From contig OX597814.1 of the NCBI GenBank assembly GCA_951406725.2, forward strand, positions 16,678,001 to 16,742,000: a DNA stretch of 64,000 nt, in the 5' to 3' direction. The stretch's first letter is position 1. Every line of letters starts with the position of its first letter. This DNA is from Octopus vulgaris. Its lineage: Eukaryota. Position numbers and translations under genes: made by a program. Below, piece after piece: positions 57,626 through 64,000 of this stretch. The notes below the pieces were generated by a model, which saw only the letters and a list, made by a program, of their open reading frames with translations, ran no database searches and was not told the origin of the DNA.

Positions 57626-58029
57626 TTCTTTTATTTGTTTCAGTCATTTTACTGTGGCCATGCTGGAGCACCGCCTTTAGTCGCGCAAACTGACCCCGGG
57701 ACTTATTCTTTGTAAGCCCAGTACTTACTCTATCGGTTTCTTTTGCTGAACCGCTAGGTGACGGGGACATAAACACACCAGCATCGGTTGTCAAGCAATG
57801 CTAGGGAGACAAACACAGACACACAAACATACACACACACACATATATATATACATATATACATATATACGAAGAGCTTCTTTGTTTCCGTCTACCAAAT
57901 CCACTCACAAAACCTTGGTCGGCCTGCGGCTATAGTAGAAGACACTTGCCCAAGGTGCCATGCAGTGGGACTGAAGCCGGAACGACGTGGCTGGTAAGCA
58001 AGCTTCTTACCACACAGCCACTCCTGCGC
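57626..58029 (-). mobile_element. SINE family B, full length
   Basis: Homologous to 40193-40606. Confidence 0.9.
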
Positions 58030-58253
58030 TTATGATTGTTGTTAAGACATTGAGCTGGCAGAATCAAGAGCGCGTCGAACAAAATGATTAGCGCCATTTC
58101 TTCTGGGTCTTTACTGCCCGAGTTCAATTCCCACTCAATTTTACCTTTCAATCTTTGAGGGTCAAGCAAATATATACCAATCAAGTAATAGGGTCAATGT
58201 TGTTGACTAGCCCCTTCCCTCAAAACTGCTGGCCTTTACCTGAAGTTTGAAAG

Positions 58254-58254
<1 letters not shown>

Positions 58255-58284
<30 letters not shown>

Positions 58285-58306
58285 GTCATCATTATCATTA
58301 TCATAA

Positions 58307-58365
<59 letters not shown>

Positions 58366-58684
58366 TTATTTTTATTATTATTGAGTGAGAGAGCAGTGTA
58401 TGCCATCAAAGTGACACTGGAGTAAAATATACGAAGCCCAATATACCCATCATGACTACCCGTCTGATAAGGGTACCCCAGGCACATGCATCACAACCAT
58501 ATGTGCGCAACATGGTGATCTCATATCAAGATAAACAGCACATGACCTTGCAGGTGGGGCCCTGTTAGAATTTACTTCATGTTGAGTAGCCCATCCCGCT
58601 CAAAAGGTCCCTGAATATGGATTGTTTAAGGATGTTGAAAGAACCACCCATGTTTCCAGTGGTGAATTATTCAAACCCCAAAGA

Positions 58685-58737
<53 letters not shown>

Positions 58738-58744
58738 CATTATG

Positions 58745-58837
<93 letters not shown>
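58255..58837. repeat. (ATC)/(ATT)n tracts interrupted by an unclassified 300-bp insert
   Basis: Tracts at 58255-58380 and 58685-58836; the insert spans about 58381-58684. Confidence 0.9.
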
Positions 58838-59068
58838 GGCGGCGAGCTGGTAGAAACGTTAGCACGCCGGGCGAAATGCTTAAATGTATTTCGTCTGCTG
58901 TTACGTTCCGAGTTCAAATTTCGCCGAGGTCGACTTTGCCTTTCATCCTTTCGGGGTCGATTAAATAAGTACCAGTTGTGCACTGGGGTCGTTGTAATTG
59001 ACTTAATCCCCTTTGTCTGTCCTTGTTTGTTCCCTTTATGTTTAGCCCTCTATGGGCAATAAAGAGAT
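58838..59068 (+). mobile_element. SINE family C monomer (long tail) within (ATT)n
   Basis: ggcggcgagctgg head through the aataaaga tail. Confidence 0.92.
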
Positions 59069-59091
59069 TAAAATTTTATTATTGTTGTTAA

Positions 59092-59172
<81 letters not shown>

Positions 59173-59994
59173 ACTTGTTGACAAAGTATCGGAGAAAACG
59201 CCTTATGGATTTACTTCCGGTGTACTGGTGATTGTGGCTGCCAATATTTTCATTATGTGATAGAACTATATTTAAATTATCAGATAATATTGGCAGAATT
59301 ATTCTTCATATTACCAACAAGTCGGAGGCTTATTGGTAATAAGAATGGTAACCCCATTCCTTCTACCCATCTCTCCATGCATCCATCAATGTACCCATTA
59401 ATCTAGTCATCCGTTTATCATCCATCCGTCCATTACTATATCCATCTATCTACTAATGTAACATTCAATCCGTCAATCCATATATTCATCTCATACATAC
59501 ATACATACATACATACATACATAATACATAAATACATACATACATTCATACATGCATTCATACATACATGCATACAAGCATGCATACATACATACACATC
59601 ATTTATTCCTGCCTCCACCCATTCAAAGACTAATAGAATTCACAGGTTATACATTCATTCGTTGATACAGTCTAACATTCCTCTCTGTATAATCTATTTA
59701 TTCAGCCACCCGTACATCTGTCTATTCATCTATCCATTCATTCATCCATGTGTGCACATTGATGCATACATTTATACATACAGTGATCATGCCATCCATC
59801 CATCCATCCATCCATAAATCAATACATCAATCCTACGTACCCGAATTGAGAGAGTCGGGAGAGTTTCCTAACACTGACTCACGACGTTTGCTCAATCTAC
59901 TTGCGTTTCTGAGTTCAAATTCTATCTTGGTCGACTTTCCCCTTTCATTCTTTCGGGGCTGTAAAAATGGTCAAGTCGAAGGCGATAGACCAGC

Positions 59995-60215
59995 TAAACA
60001 TAGAGGGCTAAACATAAAGGGAACAAGCAAGGGCAGACAAAGGGGATTAGGTCAATTACATCGACCCCAGTGCACAACTGGTACTTATTTAATCGACCCC
60101 GAAAGGATGAAAGGCAAAGTTGACCTCGGCGAAATTTGAACTCGGAACGTAACAGCAGACGAAATACATTTAAGCATTTCGCCCGGCGTGCAAACGTTTC
60201 TACCAGCTCGCCGCC
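59995..60215 (-). mobile_element. SINE family C monomer adjacent to (TAA)n
   Basis: Reverse complement of 58838-59068. Confidence 0.9.
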
Positions 60216-60279
<64 letters not shown>

Positions 60280-60671
60280 TTGTAAGAACGTTGGAACCAA
60301 TACCTTGCAGTAAATGTCCGCCTGACTGCTTCCTAGGTGTAAATACGTCAATGATTTTCTTTGTTGGGAGATTCCCCCAGCCCCGTCACCCGGTTTAGCA
60401 CCACTATCTGATGCTTTGATTGGCTTTTGCAGAAATCCTCCTGCTGCAAGAATTCAGGCCGGCCATTGGCTTTCAAGATATCTTCCTGTCTCATTCCTTT
60501 CAGTACGGAGGCTCAATAGAAGAAAATGAGCCGCACACACCCTTTTATCTTGAGATCCACTCAACAGTGTCTCTTTCTATCTCCCTATTTGTCCATCGAT
60601 TTGTTGATCTATACATAAATTCACCCATTCATCCAGGTATCAATGCATATATAGATACACAAACACACACT

Positions 60672-60732
<61 letters not shown>

Positions 60733-60734
<2 letters not shown>

Positions 60735-60876
60735 TCTTTACTCTTTACTCTTTTACTTGTTTCAGTCATTTGGCTGCGGCCATGCTGAAGCACCGCCTTT
60801 AGTCGAGCAACTCGACACCGGGACTTATTCTTTGTAAGCCCAGTACTTATTCTATCGGTCTCTTTTGCCGAACCGT
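60733..60876 (-). mobile_element. SINE family B 3' fragment
   Basis: Matches the family B tail. Confidence 0.88.
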
Positions 60877-61290
60877 CTATGTAATCGTCTTGAAAAAATA
60901 AGGCACTAGGATAATTACCTACGTTTCTTAAGGTGAAAACAATGGTAGCCTTAATTCACAAATAAAGAAATTATTTCCACCAATGCGGTGTGGAGCACTC
61001 ATTTCCATCGTTCGACAATTACGTATATATATATATGTATAAGGTAGCGAATATTCTTAGAAATTTCACTACCAGTGGCCTAACATGTATAAAAAGTCAA
61101 TAGACAACATATTCTCATTATAAAATAGTCTACAACTAAACACAAGAGAAAACTACCTTTAACAGGTAATTTTTTTTACACGCTAGAAGAAGCCTTCCTT
61201 TTGACTGCTTCTTTTCGCGTTTTGACTGCTTCTTCTAATCGATAGGCCCCCTCCCACAAAATTTCGGACCTTGTGCCTAGAGTTGAAAAG

Positions 61291-61472
<182 letters not shown>

Positions 61473-61473
61473 C

Positions 61474-61797
61474 ATTCAGTAGTTTTATTTTTATAACGTG
61501 CTTTCGCTTCACTACCGAGCGCAGCTCTGTGTGCCTTGGGTATGTGCTGTGATTTGTTGTAATGCTCTGATGGTTACTGTATTGAAAGTGTTCTGCGTAG
61601 GATGTGTGCAGTGCCTAGTAGTGCAATTTTCTGTATGTTATATGTGTTTGTAAGTCCTAGTGTTTTTGTTATGTATTTGTCTGAACATTTTTTTATCATG
61701 CCTAATGGACCTACTATGATAGGAATTGTTTCTGTTTTTAGATTCCACATTCTAGTTACCAGGTCTTTGTATTTCTCCATTTCTTTTAGAGACACGT
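61474..61797 (-). mobile_element. R4/Dong LINE 3' end (RLE C-terminus plus 3' UTR) embedded in (TAA)n
   Basis: KEMEKYKDLVTRMWNLKTETIPIIVGPLGMIKK...IQKIALLGTAHILRRTLSIQ* has long (TAA)n on both sides (61291-61473 and 61798-62050). Dong elements are known to target TAA repeats. Confidence 0.9.
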
Positions 61798-61819
61798 TAT
61801 TATTATCATTATTATTATT

Positions 61820-61850
<31 letters not shown>

Positions 61851-61896
61851 TATTATTATTATCATTATTATTATTATTAATATTATTATTATTATT

Positions 61897-62480
<584 letters not shown>

Positions 62481-63479
62481 AAAATTAATATCAGAGAGCA
62501 GAATCGCTTGATCGTCGGGGAAATTGGCATTTTACAGTCTAAGTTCCTATGCTACGGAAATCAAATTTTACTTTAATCATTCCGAGGGTCTATAAAATTT
62601 CTACTTGGATCGGTATTTAAGTACTTGGATCAGTGTAATCGATTAGCCTCGTCTCTCAAAGCTGCTGGCCTTTTGTCTGATTTTGAGACAAATATTTCTA
62701 ATACCGTTGCTGCTGCTGCTACTGCTGCTGATGATGCTAACGATGTTCAGCACTGGATCGATTATCATAAAAATTTATACTTACATTCTTTTGGATTTAA
62801 ATTCTATCGAGAACAATTTTATATTCTTCTGCAGCCTATAAAATAAATGCAAGTTAATTACTTGTAGCAATTAAATGGTTTACGAATCCTGTGTGGCCTT
62901 GTCTCTGGGTTAGATCTCAGTTGTGTAATAAGGAAAGTATCATTAGTAAATACGAGGGTGATTATTTATGGTAGTTTAACAGGAATTGTGGTGCACCGGA
63001 TGTAATACTTCACGATATTTACATCCGTTTCTGTACACTTTGAGTTCAATTCCACCGGGGTCAACTCAGCTTTTCATCGATGCCAAATTGATAATTATCA
63101 ATCTGACAACGATGAAAGGTAATTGTTTAATTATAATTAAACAATTACCTGTTATGTAGTCGGATCTATTGAGTCATCTTTTAATTTCTCTCGCGTCATC
63201 ATGCTCATCATCATCATGAACATCATCATCAACATCAGCAGCATCAATGCCACCACCTTCACCATTGTCATCATCACAACCATTATCAACGTCATAATCG
63301 GTTCAGTAATTAGTAATTGTCATCATCATTGCCATCAATAGTTGTAATAATTGTAGTAGAACTGATATTAGTTGCTTTAGTAGTGAGTAATTACGATAAG
63401 ACAATGGTAAGCGGTTGAACGAGAGGTCAACGAAATATATTCTAGATTAAGGGCTGTTTAGGACACAGCACCCTAAATA

Positions 63480-63717
63480 TGTTTCTTATTTCTTTATTGC
63501 CCAGAAGGGGTTAAACACAAAGAGGACAAACAAGAACAGACAAACGGATTAAGTCGATTATATCGACCCCAGTGCGTAACTGGTACTTATTTACTCGACC
63601 CCAAAAGGATGAAAGGCAAAGTCGACCTCGGCGGAATTTGAACTTAGAACGTAGGGGCAGACGAAATACGGCTACGCATTTCGCCCGGCGTGCTACAGAT
63701 TCTGTCAGCTTGCCGCC
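63480..63717 (-). mobile_element. SINE family C monomer (long tail)
   Basis: Reverse complement of the family C consensus. Confidence 0.9.
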
Positions 63718-64000
63718 TTAGCTCTGCACTGAAACAAACTAAAGAAGGATCTAATGTATTGTCGTCGGAAACGCGAGAAACAGCAGTCAAGTCCCCTGAA
63801 TGTGTATTTCACGGTATACACGGTATACCGTGAAATACGCAGGGAAAAAGAACAACAAGAATTATAATGTCGCTATCCAAATACTGCTGCAAAAATTAGG
63901 AGTAGATAAGCTCAGGTTCAGTTCCACTGCGTGGCACCCTTCAAAAGCTTCGGTTCAACCATACATTTCATTGATGTTAGCTTTTATCCTGATTACATTC

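Noticed and set aside
60280-60560. Complex sequence after (TAA)n, possibly a retroelement end
   Set aside because: No motif could be assigned with confidence.

Overview
This is AT-rich eukaryotic (animal) DNA saturated with microsatellites and transposable-element debris. The repertoire of tRNA-derived SINE families, (TA)n/(GATA)n/(TAA)n tracts and RTE, R4/Dong and Penelope-like fragments looks to me like a coleoid cephalopod, probably Octopus. That assignment is recognition from memory, not a database result. I find no intact host protein-coding gene, rRNA, true tRNA or CRISPR array; nearly all listed ORFs are microsatellite or SINE read-through. Supportable content: at least five SINE families (about 35 copies), decayed CR1-like, RTE, R4/Dong and Penelope-like retroelement fragments, a Tc1/mariner element, a mariner MITE, a Chapaev3 transposon and two Helitron-type elements. 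The most interesting signals are (i) a type I minimal hammerhead-ribozyme motif inside a 111-bp inverted repeat (Penelope pLTR-like), (ii) a SINE that inserts as one tRNA head plus homogeneous 182-bp tandem units, (iii) an RTE LINE ending in three C2H2 zinc fingers, (iv) a mariner that carries a copy of its own flanking DNA, and (v) several long, near-perfect fold-back structures. Coordinates were counted by hand, and boundaries of decayed elements are approximate.
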